Shown one piece after another: positions 28,235 through 38,285 of a DNA stretch of 64,000 bases (positions within the stretch are counted from its first letter, which is position 1; each line of letters begins with the position of its first letter). Made by a program: the position numbers and the translations under genes. The notes beneath the pieces were generated by a model. That model had not been told where the DNA came from. It was given only the letters and a program-made list of their open reading frames with translations, and did not search any database. This DNA is from an uncultured virus (IMG/VR IMGVR_UViG_2831345111_000005) (taxonomy: Duplodnaviria; Heunggongvirae; Uroviricota; Caudoviricetes). The stretch lies in IMG/VR virus record IMGVR_UViG_2831345111_000005. One strand, 5' to 3'.

Positions 28235-29710
28235 TTAAAACCTGTAAGACACGCTGAAATGAACACTCCAGCCACCTTTGTCCGTGGTGGAGTTTTGAAG
28301 GCTGGTCATCGCCTTGGCGACATCAGCTCGAGCGACAATAGGGGAGACGCCATCGCCATAGGTGACGCCCGCACCAACGCTTGCCAGCTTGTCATGGCTG
28401 ACTTCACCAGGGAGGGCCTTATTGCGATAGCCTTCGCCAATATCAGCGAATACGCGGCCAACCCAACGCGGACCAACGGGAAGCGCATGCGAAATTTCAG
28501 CTGTTGCCGAATAACCGCTATCCTGAGCCACGGCACGTTCCGAATAACCGCGCACCGAGGACGCGCCACCCAATCCAAACTGCTCACCCGCAGGAAGCGC
28601 ATTTGGGGTGTACTGCCCAGTCGCCAAGACCCTTAACCTGAAATTTGCCAGGGCGACCACGCGCTCCCAAGTGCCACGCAAGATGCGATAGTCGGAAACG
28701 GCGCCACTTCGAACTTGAGATAAATCGGCACCCGCCATCCCCTGTGTGAGGGAGGCGTCGCCACGCCAATCCTTGCGGGTTACTCGCAGGCCTGCCGTGA
28801 TTGGAATGAGGTGGTAGTCCGGCGTCAACGTTATTTCTTGGCCGCCATACGTGGTCGTAGAGTGGTATTCACGTGCTTCTACGCCGCCATAGTATTCATG
28901 GCTGCCCTTATCCTGGTCTGGAATGAACTTGGTGAGCTTTACCCCAAGGGAAGAGCCGCCGCCCGCAAGGGTCAGGGGGCCTACGTCGCCGATATTGGCC
29001 TTCGAGGTTGCGCCATAAAGGTCTGCAATAAGACCAGAGGCCATGAAGGGTACCCGCACCCCAGCCACCATCGCATGGACAGCATCAGGCTTTTCCACCG
29101 AGGCTACCAATGCCGCATACACAGAGCTTGTCGCCCCCATCGGGCTTTTAATCAGGTAAGTGGCTCGATGCTGCCCGGTCCGCTGTGTTCCCGTGTTATC
29201 AAGCATCAACCATTGCTGAGTCGTAATTGGGTCACCCTCAACCTTCAACGAGGTTGCGCCATGCTCAGCGGCACCCCAGATATGGTCATGAGGCTTTGAT
29301 AAGTCGGCCAGCAACAACAGGTCCGTCTCCACCCCCTCACGGTCAAGCGGAGCCCCTTCTTTAGCCGATGGGAAGTAAGGCATAAGCGCAGGGTTGATAT
29401 CCACCTTGCCAAACAGCTTTTTCTCGATGTTGATATGCACTTGGCCCGTAGAGATGTCTTGCGCGGGCAACACGGCGACCCATCCGGGATGTGAGGCGTC
29501 AAGCACCCTTTGGACAGCCTGACGCGCGGCGTCGAGGTCGCTGAAAGAAACTTCGGGCCCGGTATACTGGGACAGGTAAGAGGTGTCCATGCCGTCCGGC
29601 AGCACATAGCCAGTCACGCGAGCTGTGGGGTTGGTTTCATCTGCTGCTGAGGCGTACACCGCAGAAGCGCATAGCGCCATAATGGCGGCAACAATAGCCG
29701 TGTTCTTCAA
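28235..29710 (-). CDS. TpsB (ShlB/FhaC) outer-membrane transporter
   Basis: DNTG...TG, LGG..SVRGY, C-terminal Phe. Confidence 0.85.
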   Translation of the reverse strand: MKNTAIVAAIMALCASAVYASAADETNPTARVTGYVLPDGMDTSYLSQYTGPEVSFSDLDAARQAVQRVLDASHPGWVAVLPAQDISTGQVHINIEKKLFGKVDINPALMPYFPSAKEGAPLDREGVETDLLLLADLSKPHDHIWGAAEHGATSLKVEGDPITTQQWLMLDNTGTQRTGQHRATYLIKSPMGATSSVYAALVASVEKPDAVHAMVAGVRVPFMASGLIADLYGATSKANIGDVGPLTLAGGGSSLGVKLTKFIPDQDKGSHEYYGGVEAREYHSTTTYGGQEITLTPDYHLIPITAGLRVTRKDWRGDASLTQGMAGADLSQVRSGAVSDYRILRGTWERVVALANFRLRVLATGQYTPNALPAGEQFGLGGASSVRGYSERAVAQDSGYSATAEISHALPVGPRWVGRVFADIGEGYRNKALPGEVSHDKLASVGAGVTYGDGVSPIVARADVAKAMTSLQNSTTDKGGWSVHFSVSYRF

Positions 29711-30030
29711 GGGGAATCCCTTTGTATTGATTTATAAATTAATATAGCACATTATGACTATTTTTGCAAGGTTAACATTCCGCAAAACGCGGAATAGCAA
29801 TATACTGCTGGATGAACGCTCACCTTCAAAATTGCAGCTGTCATACCAAGCTTGGATTAGCCAGGGCGGTAGCTGGGCTCTATTGCTGCATGGCGCAAGA
29901 GCGAAAACAAGCCATGCATCAAGACGCGCTTCTGCTCATTGAGCGGCAACGGCAACAGCGCACGATTAACGAGCGCTTCGAGAGGTTTATGGCGGGTGTG
30001 TTAGCCGACCAACGGCGTGTTAACTATTAG

Positions 30031-30483
30031 TTACTCAGCGCTGGTGGGCAGTATGCCTGAAACGGATTGCTGCACTTTTTGAGGCAAGAGAACAACCATA
30101 TTTTTGGCCGGGATGCACAATCCCATCCCCAGTGTCCCTGAGTACATCTGTATGGACAGAATGGTGGAACCACTAGAGAGTAGGTCGGAAAGAACCTGAC
30201 TCTGCCCCTCGGGTAAGGTGGCTAGCAGTGAATTCACGTTGTCGGCGGACATGGCGCTGTCCGAGCAGCCTTCCTCGGGCAAATCTGCTGTCTTGATGCC
30301 GCTGGCTGAGGCGGCGGCCTTCAGGGCCATCGACCCCAGCCCAGATATCAATCCTTCTTGTTGCGCCGCGGCAACCGTCTCGGCAGGTGCCGCCGGGCCT
30401 CCCATTTTTTCAATGAGTGAATAAGCCCCAAATGCGGCCAATCCAAGGATGATAAGCATAAATCTAATCATGGTCTGCGCCAA
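30031..30483 (-). CDS. Membrane-anchored hypothetical protein
   Basis: N-terminal TM helix. Confidence 0.55.
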   Translation of the reverse strand: MAQTMIRFMLIILGLAAFGAYSLIEKMGGPAAPAETVAAAQQEGLISGLGSMALKAAASASGIKTADLPEEGCSDSAMSADNVNSLLATLPEGQSQVLSDLLSSGSTILSIQMYSGTLGMGLCIPAKNMVVLLPQKVQQSVSGILPTSAE

Positions 30484-30498
30484 ACTCCCTGGATGGCA

Positions 30499-30939
30499 TT
30501 ATTTACGCTTAGCAGCGTTTCGAAGGGACCGTATTGCCGACAGCAAGGCGGCTCTGTTTTCCATCAAAACCTTCGTTTCGCGAATGACGCCCGCGAGCTC
30601 CTTATAGTGCTCCTCGCCTCGGGATAGCGCTCGGACAGGGTCTCGTGACTGTGCGTCAAGATTGGTGCAAACCAGCCGTGGCGGCTTACTCCCTTCTTGC
30701 TGCGTCCAGAAATATTTCACCCACCTCGGATGAGGACAGCCGGTACATCCGGGCCCGCAAGGATAGAGTTCGAGACAGATGGAGCCAGACGCAACAGGTT
30801 GCAATGATTTAATGGTGTCATGCAACTCAATGAGTCTTGAGTTTTGCTGATTCAGCTTGTCTAAGACTTGGTGAAAGAACTGCTCAGCCTTGGTCTCCGC
30901 TGCTACGGCGGATTCGCGTGCCTGGACAACGTCAGTCAT
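30499..30939 (-). CDS. Hypothetical protein with C-x3-C-x2-CPH putative metal motif
   Basis: CGPGCTGCPHPRW. Confidence 0.6.
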   Translation of the reverse strand: MTDVVQARESAVAAETKAEQFFHQVLDKLNQQNSRLIELHDTIKSLQPVASGSICLELYPCGPGCTGCPHPRWVKYFWTQQEGSKPPRLVCTNLDAQSRDPVRALSRGEEHYKELAGVIRETKVLMENRAALLSAIRSLRNAAKRK

Positions 30940-31217
30940 GCTGTCTCCGAGGCCAGATTTAGACGACGGGCAATTTCTTCCGCATAAACACGACGCTGAG
31001 CCTCATCGCTGAAATCACCAATGATGCGCAACCTCACGTCATGCGTGAAATCATTACTTTCTAAATGGCTGCCCGATGCATCGACCGACCAGGGGCCGCG
31101 CTCTACAATAAATGGGCGACCCAAAGCCGCTTCCAGCGCTGAGACACGTTCGCGCAAATGGTTGAGTTCAACCACCGCAGGATGTAAGTCGTGAAGTCCG
31201 TAATACATGACGAGCAA
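30936..31217 (-). CDS. Hypothetical protein
   Basis: Overlaps the next start (ATGA). Confidence 0.55.
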   Translation of the reverse strand: MLVMYYGLHDLHPAVVELNHLRERVSALEAALGRPFIVERGPWSVDASGSHLESNDFTHDVRLRIIGDFSDEAQRRVYAEEIARRLNLASETA

Positions 31218-31310
31218 ATGTTGGTAGAGGATTATGAGCGTATAGCGCGCTCGAGTTGTCTAGCCACAAATGAAAAACCCCGACTAATCGGGGCTTGTTG
31301 CAAGGCTGGT

Positions 31311-31514
31311 TTAGTACACGCCACCCGCTCGGGATTGACCGGTCAGCAGCAGGTGAAAGCTGGCGCCTAGCCGGGAAGGAGCTTCGTAATCGGCCTCACC
31401 CAGGTCGATTTCGACCAATGTTTTTTGCCGCTTGGGCTCAGGGCGAGGTTGCGGATTTTCGTTAACACGATTCGGGTTAACAGTGAATGCGCGCTGATTA
31501 ACGTGTCTAGCCAT
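31311..31514 (-). CDS. Small hypothetical protein
   Basis: AGGAG RBS before MARHVNQ. Confidence 0.5.
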   Translation of the reverse strand: MARHVNQRAFTVNPNRVNENPQPRPEPKRQKTLVEIDLGEADYEAPSRLGASFHLLLTGQSRAGGVY

Positions 31515-31528
31515 GCGAGGATATCTCC

Positions 31529-32680
31529 TTAGTGAACTTTTTGAGCCGTATTGGTCAGGCTCAGGTTGGGGTTCAACACCGGCACGGCGTACTGCAAGTT
31601 GCCGCAATGCTGGCACGAGACTGTTTGAATAGGGTCATGGCGAAGTTGAATCACTTGCATGCCCATTTCATTCAGAATGCGTGACGTCATGCCGACGATG
31701 TGACCATGAGGGTCGTCGTAATCTACCTGCATGCTGAGCGTAGCCATGTAGGCGCCGGTAAGGCGCGATACAAGGGATACACCCAAGACATAGGTATCAT
31801 CCATTTGTTTGGTGACATAAGGAGCAACCAGGGCCGCCAAGGCATTGGGCAGCACATTCAACTGGTCGCAGAGGCCGGTCATCATTTCGCGAATACGAAC
31901 ATCAATGAAGATGCGCTCACCGGCCGGCATGCCGGCCGCGTAGGATTCCGGGGTCGGGGCAACATGAATTGCGAAATCAGTTAGGTCGACGGATTGGGCA
32001 GTCAGGCTGTCTGAAATCCACTTCTGGACTCGATGCATAACGCGTTCATCTGCGGCCGGAGGCTCAACCGCCACACCAGGAGCGTGGCGCGTAATAAACG
32101 GAAGGAAGTACAAGGCAGCGCCCGGCAGAGGGGCTGGCACAGAAGCGTCGCCTACAAACTTGATGTTAGCTGTCTGGCCACGCACCAGTGCCATTGCCTG
32201 ATGGGGTAATTTGATGAGTGCGCCGATATCGGCTTGCTTGACCTGCTCAGAGGACAGGAGCATTGGCATCACATAGGTCCAACCGCGGTTGCGATTAACG
32301 CCCATCTGCGCCTGAATATAGGAGGTTGCCTTCAAGCCGTTAATGGATTCGGTCTCGAGGGGAATAATAGAGGCGGTTGCTACAGGGCGGGACACCACCA
32401 CAGGCAGAAGCCACAAACCCAGCATCGAACCATCGTCGAGTTGGCAAAAACTTACCGCACGGTCTACAGTGGTACCCAGCTCCTTTGCCAACGTTTCCGG
32501 GCAGCTATCGATAGCATCCAGCAATTCCTTTGGAGTAATCCCAGCCAGTACGGCTTCCTGAATGTGAGCGGCAGCGGAGGTGATGGCAACAGCACAATCA
32601 TCTTCATTGCGGGAAGCCGCAATCGCTTCCAGGGCAGCAGTTAAAGAAGAAGGTGTAAGAGTTGATACCGAGCGTGACAT
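31529..32680 (-). CDS. Hypothetical protein with C-terminal CxxC
   Basis: 383 aa ORF, GAGG RBS. Confidence 0.7.
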   Translation of the reverse strand: MSRSVSTLTPSSLTAALEAIAASRNEDDCAVAITSAAAHIQEAVLAGITPKELLDAIDSCPETLAKELGTTVDRAVSFCQLDDGSMLGLWLLPVVVSRPVATASIIPLETESINGLKATSYIQAQMGVNRNRGWTYVMPMLLSSEQVKQADIGALIKLPHQAMALVRGQTANIKFVGDASVPAPLPGAALYFLPFITRHAPGVAVEPPAADERVMHRVQKWISDSLTAQSVDLTDFAIHVAPTPESYAAGMPAGERIFIDVRIREMMTGLCDQLNVLPNALAALVAPYVTKQMDDTYVLGVSLVSRLTGAYMATLSMQVDYDDPHGHIVGMTSRILNEMGMQVIQLRHDPIQTVSCQHCGNLQYAVPVLNPNLSLTNTAQKVH

Positions 32681-32987
32681 ATGAACTATTCCTCTATTTT
32701 CAAATATAATTTATCTGTAACAAATTCACATAAAGCTGCAAAACGTGGAACGAATGATATACCATGTAACGCTTATTTGTCAAGCGTAAAAGCGAAAACC
32801 AATAAACTTACTACATGCTGTCACGCCAACGTTACATAAAATGCACTAAGATGGTGCAACATGACATCGGGGTTAACATTAATCGTTACAGGCCCGACCT
32901 TTAAAATTACGTCGCGTGTAACGTATACGTGACAAAGGGCGCCAAGTTTCCTTGACACCCTTGTCGTGAGGCCGAATTTTTGTTGGA

Positions 32988-33269
32988 TTAATCTTGCTCG
33001 GACCAAACCGGCTGCCCGGCCCCCCATCCAAAGTTAGCCTGTTGTTTCCGACGATGCTCCAGGTCGGTTTGGCATTTAACGCATCGAATCTTACCCAAGG
33101 CCAATCGGTCTTTTGGGATTTCATCTCCGCATTCCAGGCAATTCTCCCCATCGAAGTCAGGATGAGATTCTGGCGCCGAGGCGCGGCGAGCCGCGGCAAT
33201 AGCTCCTTCGGTGAGGGTTGCAGCTAAGGCGGTGGCCTCATCGATAGGGTCGGCGTGACGCTCTTGCAT
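32988..33269 (-). CDS. TraR/DksA C4 zinc-finger protein
   Basis: ADPIDEA (DxxDxA), CLECGDEIP..R......RCVKCQ. Confidence 0.88.
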   Translation of the reverse strand: MQERHADPIDEATALAATLTEGAIAAARRASAPESHPDFDGENCLECGDEIPKDRLALGKIRCVKCQTDLEHRRKQQANFGWGAGQPVWSEQD

Positions 33270-33523
33270 TTTGAAACTTCCTTAAAGCTCAGCCATGCCC
33301 AGCTGGCCGATGGATAAGAAGCAACCCGGCAGAGGCCGGGTCTTAATCAGGCTGGGAGCGCCCTGGGCGACGCTCGTCAGTTGAAAGGTATAGTGCTAAT
33401 GCTTCAACCCCAGTAAAGATGGGCTATCCCATAAGTTGACGTTTTATGCATTTGGTGGTATAATTGGCCTATACCTTGTAATACCTCGGCTCCTACGAGG
33501 CATTTCTTTGACCAAGGAACCAC

Positions 33524-35794
33524 GTGTCTAAATCTACTCTTATCATTGCCGAGAAACCGTCGGTAGCTAAGGCGCTTGCCGCCTGGTTGGCAGATACCTT
33601 CGGCCTTACTGTGCGGTCAGCTGGCTCACATATCGTTGTTGGCCACTACAACGTTTCCTGGTTGTTCGGGCACGTGCTCGAGAACATCGAGCCCCACGAA
33701 TACGATGCACGGTTCAAGGCTTGGTCTTTCGACCACCTGCCCATCATTCCTGAGAAATGGCAGCTAAAGCCACGGGTTGACCGTGAAACCGGTAAGCCTG
33801 ACAGCGGGAAGATGGCTCAAATTAAAGCCCTGAAGTCGCTGCTCGATTCGGCTACCGAGGTGATTGGATTAGGCGACCCTGACCAAGAGGGCCAACTCCT
33901 GCAGGATGAGTTCCTGATTTGGGCGGGCTGCAAGGTCCCGGTCAACCGCTTGTGGCTATCCGCCGTGGACGATGCCACCATTGCCAAGGCGTGGAAGGAC
34001 ATCAAGCCTAATGAGCATTACAAGGGCTATTACTGGATGGCTCTGGCCCGGTCACACGCAGACTGGCTCTACGGAATTAATGGTACCCGTGCCTGCACGC
34101 TTTCATCCCAGATGAATGGCGGCAATGCCACGCTTACCTTAGGCCGCGTTCAGACACCGACCCTTGCGCTCATCGTTTTCCGTGAGTGGGAAATCAGACA
34201 TTTCAAGCCGGTCAATTACTTCACCCCATTTATCCATCTCGCTACAACCCCTCAGTTCCGCGCGGCATGGTACCCGGACAAAGAAGATTCAAGGCTGGAT
34301 TCAGAAGGGCGGTTACTCGACCGTAAGGTTGCGGATGGGATTGTGTCCGCGTGCAAGGCTGCCGCTACGGCAACCGTAAAGGATGTCCAGTCGGATAAGG
34401 GCCGAGAAAATCCGCCGCTGCCTTTCTCGTTGTCGTCGCTGCAGGAGCACCTCTCACGACGGTATGGCATCGGGGTGCAGGACACCCTGAAGTACGCCCA
34501 GAGCCTGTACGAAAAGAAAATTGCGACCTACCCACGTACCGATTGCGAATACTTGCCGGTTTCCCAGCATGCGGAAGCTTCGGATATCGTTCGCAGCATC
34601 GATAGTGCCAGTTCGCGGTTGCCCGCTATCGGGGGTGCTGCTGGCAAAGCCAACACCACCCTCAAGTCCAGGGCTTTCAACGACAAGAATGTGACAGCGC
34701 ACCACGCCATTGTGCCTCGGCCGGTCACCACCTCTCAATTGGTGGGACTATCCAGCCAGGAACTGTTGGTGTGGACTGAAATCGCAAAACGCTATCTGCT
34801 TCAGTTCTTCCCTGCGGCGGAATTCCTAACCACTGAAATCCTGCTGGAGTGCGCCAAGGAAGCTTTCAAAGTCACTGGTAAAGTGTATACCTCCCGCGGT
34901 TGGAAAGACGCCTTCACATCCCCGGATGACAAGGAGGAAGAAGAGGCCGCTGGCAGCGTGACCCTGCCGAAAGTGGCGAAGGGCGACGTGCTGAAGGTCA
35001 AGGATGCGGGTTTCGACAGCACCACGACCAAGCCTCCCAAGCGATTTACTGAAGGTACGCTCGTCGCCGCAATGAAGTCGGTGCACAAGTTTGTGACCGA
35101 CCCAAAACTCAAGGCTATTTTGCGTGAAAACGTCGGTATTGGTACCGAAGCCACGCGTGCCAATGTGATTGGTGAATTGTTCGGCCGCAAGTTCATTACG
35201 CTTGAAAAGAAGGAAATCAAGCCGACGGAGTTGGGTGAACAACTCATTCAGGTATTGCCGAAGCAGATTTCTGCGCCGGACATGACCGCCCTTTGGCAGC
35301 AGGCGATGGATGACATTCGCAAGGTTGGCGAAAAAGGCTATCTCGACTTCATCGCCGCTCAGAAAAAGTGGCTGACCGAGTTGGTCAAGGAAGTGCCAGT
35401 CTGGTTTGCGGGCAAGTCGATGATGGCAGCTGGAAAGAAGTCTGGCCTCACCATTGAAGCTTCAGCGCAGAAGTGCACCAAATGCGGCAGCGCGCTGAAC
35501 CGGGTGAAAGGCAAGTTCGGCTGGTTCTTTGGCTGCACCAACGCTGCTTGTAAAACAACCTTCAAGGATGTCGATGGCAAGCCGGTCGAAAAAGCAGCCC
35601 TCCCTAAAGACCCCGTAATTATCGGTGGCTACGAATCCGGGGCGGTGTGCCCTAAGTGCAAGAAGGGGGAGTTGCAACTGCGCGTATGCGGACCGGCTAG
35701 CAAGGCGCCCGGTCGCCAGTTCTTGAGTTGCTCCAATTACTTCGCCAAGGGTAAGGCGAAGTGCGAGCACAGCATCTGGCCCGATACCAAATAA
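33524..35794 (+). CDS. topB: Type IA DNA topoisomerase III with C-terminal zinc ribbons
   Basis: IIAEKPS, DPDQEG, GRVQTPTL, TYPRTD, AHHAI.P, GIGTEATRA. Confidence 0.93.
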   Translation: MSKSTLIIAEKPSVAKALAAWLADTFGLTVRSAGSHIVVGHYNVSWLFGHVLENIEPHEYDARFKAWSFDHLPIIPEKWQLKPRVDRETGKPDSGKMAQIKALKSLLDSATEVIGLGDPDQEGQLLQDEFLIWAGCKVPVNRLWLSAVDDATIAKAWKDIKPNEHYKGYYWMALARSHADWLYGINGTRACTLSSQMNGGNATLTLGRVQTPTLALIVFREWEIRHFKPVNYFTPFIHLATTPQFRAAWYPDKEDSRLDSEGRLLDRKVADGIVSACKAAATATVKDVQSDKGRENPPLPFSLSSLQEHLSRRYGIGVQDTLKYAQSLYEKKIATYPRTDCEYLPVSQHAEASDIVRSIDSASSRLPAIGGAAGKANTTLKSRAFNDKNVTAHHAIVPRPVTTSQLVGLSSQELLVWTEIAKRYLLQFFPAAEFLTTEILLECAKEAFKVTGKVYTSRGWKDAFTSPDDKEEEEAAGSVTLPKVAKGDVLKVKDAGFDSTTTKPPKRFTEGTLVAAMKSVHKFVTDPKLKAILRENVGIGTEATRANVIGELFGRKFITLEKKEIKPTELGEQLIQVLPKQISAPDMTALWQQAMDDIRKVGEKGYLDFIAAQKKWLTELVKEVPVWFAGKSMMAAGKKSGLTIEASAQKCTKCGSALNRVKGKFGWFFGCTNAACKTTFKDVDGKPVEKAALPKDPVIIGGYESGAVCPKCKKGELQLRVCGPASKAPGRQFLSCSNYFAKGKAKCEHSIWPDTK

Positions 35795-35836
35795 CCAACC
35801 AGGCCGGCGGACGCCGGCCTTTTCATCAAGGACCTT

Positions 35837-36169
35837 ATGAAAACGCTGTTTACATTCGGATTGGGGCTGATATTTGGCGCCCTGATTATTAATCACTACA
35901 CCCCCTGGGTGGCGCCCTCGCTGGACTCCACAATTCTCACGGCTATCTGGGTCACGCTTTGCGGCATCGGCTTCGGCGTCACCGCATCGGTAGTATTCGT
36001 TACCTGCGCAGGATGGATGTTGATTGGCTGTGCCCTGGTCGCCGCCATGCTGGCAGGCGCTGCGCTGTCTGGGCTGGATTGGCTCGCAGTAAAGCTGTTC
36101 AACCGGTTGAACCGTGTTAATCGATTGGCCCCGCAGGAGCTTTCCCGCCCTGGAGCCGCAAATGAATAA
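35837..36169 (+). CDS. Membrane protein
   Basis: Hydrophobic 110 aa, AAGGA RBS. Confidence 0.6.
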   Translation: MKTLFTFGLGLIFGALIINHYTPWVAPSLDSTILTAIWVTLCGIGFGVTASVVFVTCAGWMLIGCALVAAMLAGAALSGLDWLAVKLFNRLNRVNRLAPQELSRPGAANE

Positions 36170-37169
36170 ATGGGTCCAGCCCGCAGCGGCAAGTGTGCTC
36201 TTCGTGGCAACCCTGCTGCTTGCCTTGAGTATGCACACCATCCCCGCGCTGTTATCGGGCCTCCTGGCGTTCGCGCTCACCCGTCATCTGCTGGGATTCC
36301 TGCAACGTTATCCGAACATGCAGCTCATCCTGGGCCATGAGCATCTCGCCGGCCTCCTGGTTGGGCTGGGTTCGTTCGTCGTACTGGCGGCAATTGGCAT
36401 GGGGGTAGCACATCTGCTCGAAGGGGAGTCGCTCAAAGGATTGATGCTTACCCTTGCTGTTACTATCAAGCAGTCCAAGCATTATTTGCCTCTATCCGTG
36501 GCCTCCCAGCTACCAGAGACGGTCCTTGAACTTAAGGAGCGATTTTCCGATTCACTTCGAGAGCATGCCGGTACGCTGGCCGATATTGGAACGCATGCGA
36601 TGCATACCCTGGTGCTTACGCTTATTGGCTGGATTGCAGGCGTATTAGCGGCTGTACGGAAGCCATGTGCCGAGAAACTCGCTCCTTTCACGTCCACATG
36701 GTTGAAGCTATGGCAACAGCTCGGAATTGCCTTTGAGCACGTCGCATTCGCCCAATGTAAAATCGCAGGCCTTAATGCAGCCTTGACCGGTATTTTTCTG
36801 CTCGGCATCTGCCCATTGTTCGGGTGGCACATCCCGTTCGCTAAATCCATGGTGCTAGTCACCTTCCTGTGCAGCCTCATCCCGGTTGTCGGGAATTTGG
36901 TATCGAATACCGCTATTTGTACGCTGGCGCTCGGCGTCTCGCTGCCTGCCGCAGCAGCAGCCCTCGGCTTTCTTGTCGTCGTGCATAAGCTCGAATATTT
37001 CATGAATGCTAGGATTCAAGGGCATGAGATTGGGGCCCAAGCTTGGGAGCTCCTCATTATGCTGTTCAGCTTCGAATTATTGTTCGGGCCAATTGGCATG
37101 GCGGCGGCACCTGTTTTTTACGCTTTTGTTAAAAACGAATTGCGCAGACACGCATGGCTAACCAAATAA
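36162..37169 (+). CDS. AI-2E family transporter
   Basis: Multi-TM; AQ.KI..LN, IPVVGNLVSN, HKLEYF.N.RI.G. Confidence 0.82.
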   Translation: MNKWVQPAAASVLFVATLLLALSMHTIPALLSGLLAFALTRHLLGFLQRYPNMQLILGHEHLAGLLVGLGSFVVLAAIGMGVAHLLEGESLKGLMLTLAVTIKQSKHYLPLSVASQLPETVLELKERFSDSLREHAGTLADIGTHAMHTLVLTLIGWIAGVLAAVRKPCAEKLAPFTSTWLKLWQQLGIAFEHVAFAQCKIAGLNAALTGIFLLGICPLFGWHIPFAKSMVLVTFLCSLIPVVGNLVSNTAICTLALGVSLPAAAAALGFLVVVHKLEYFMNARIQGHEIGAQAWELLIMLFSFELLFGPIGMAAAPVFYAFVKNELRRHAWLTK

Positions 37170-37235
37170 CTCGCAATAAGACACATTTAAGCCTATACAA
37201 ACTTAGGTAAAATCAAAACTTAAGTAAGAGGCTCT

Positions 37236-38183
37236 ATGACTACTAAAATCAATATCATTACGCACGATAAGGTTGTGCACGCAGATGATGTTTTTGCAGC
37301 TGGTATTTTGCAAATCATCTATCAGAAAGTCCATGTGACCCGCACGCGCGACCTCGACATTCTGAGAGCCGCCACCGGGGCACCCAACACATTCTTGCTG
37401 GATGTAGGGGGCCGGTATGACGCTGAACAGCGTTTATTCGACCACCATCAGCCAGAAGGTGCTGGTTTCCGTAATGCAGCTAGCGGTGAATGGCCGTATG
37501 CAACAGCAGGACTGGTTTGGAAGCATTACGGCGCACAAGCTGTGCGCAAATTGCATCCAGACTTGAATGCTGAGAGCATCCAGGAGATTGTCACCCATAT
37601 CGATGAATCAGTCGTTCGATACATCGATGCAGTTGACTGCGGTGTTCGCATTAAAACGGCGGGTCCGTCATTGTCGGCGTTAATTGGCAGCTTCAACCCC
37701 TCCTGGTTTGAGGAGGATGAGGATGTCTTTCCGTTGGTAATGAACCTGGCGCAAGTGCTGCTCACCAACTTTATCAAGCGTCATGCCGGCAAGGTAATGG
37801 CACGAGACAAGGTCCGGGCGTCTGAAACTATCCATGATGGTCAGATACTCTTACTTGAAAAGTGCTTGCCTTGGTCGGAAGTGGTGTCGAATGAGATGCC
37901 CGGGGTGTTGTTTGTGGTATACCCCGTCGGTGAATCCGAAGGGTCGCGTCCGCAATGGCAACTTCGAGCAACTGTGAACGACGATATGACCCCGCGTATC
38001 AAGCTTCCTCCGCAATGGGGAGGTCGTGAACGTACGGCTCTTGCTACAGTATCAGGTGAAAACACTGCTGTGTTCTGTCACCGTTCCCGTCACCTTGCTG
38101 GTGCGGAAACGATGGAAGGTGCTATTTCGATGGCAATGACCGCGATAGAACATGTTGCGCGCGAAGAACGTCTCGTCGCGTAG
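37236..38183 (+). CDS. MYG1-family (DHH-like) exonuclease
   Basis: THD..HADDVFA, RTRD, DVGGRYD, FDHHQ, AGLVWKHYG, FCH. Confidence 0.9.
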   Translation: MTTKINIITHDKVVHADDVFAAGILQIIYQKVHVTRTRDLDILRAATGAPNTFLLDVGGRYDAEQRLFDHHQPEGAGFRNAASGEWPYATAGLVWKHYGAQAVRKLHPDLNAESIQEIVTHIDESVVRYIDAVDCGVRIKTAGPSLSALIGSFNPSWFEEDEDVFPLVMNLAQVLLTNFIKRHAGKVMARDKVRASETIHDGQILLLEKCLPWSEVVSNEMPGVLFVVYPVGESEGSRPQWQLRATVNDDMTPRIKLPPQWGGRERTALATVSGENTAVFCHRSRHLAGAETMEGAISMAMTAIEHVAREERLVA

Positions 38184-38285
38184 CAGGCTTTACTCCATCA
38201 GCCCCTGGACTTCTTCCAGGGGCTTTTGCGTTAGGGATGTCGGGTTCCGGACCTATACTCAAGACCACTTAATAGCGGAGTATTC

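Noticed and set aside
35462..36280. Long antisense ORFs (e.g. 35462-36280, 57640-58368, 49310-50092, 46379-47077)
   Set aside because: Shadow frames of well-supported genes on the opposite strand, with no motifs
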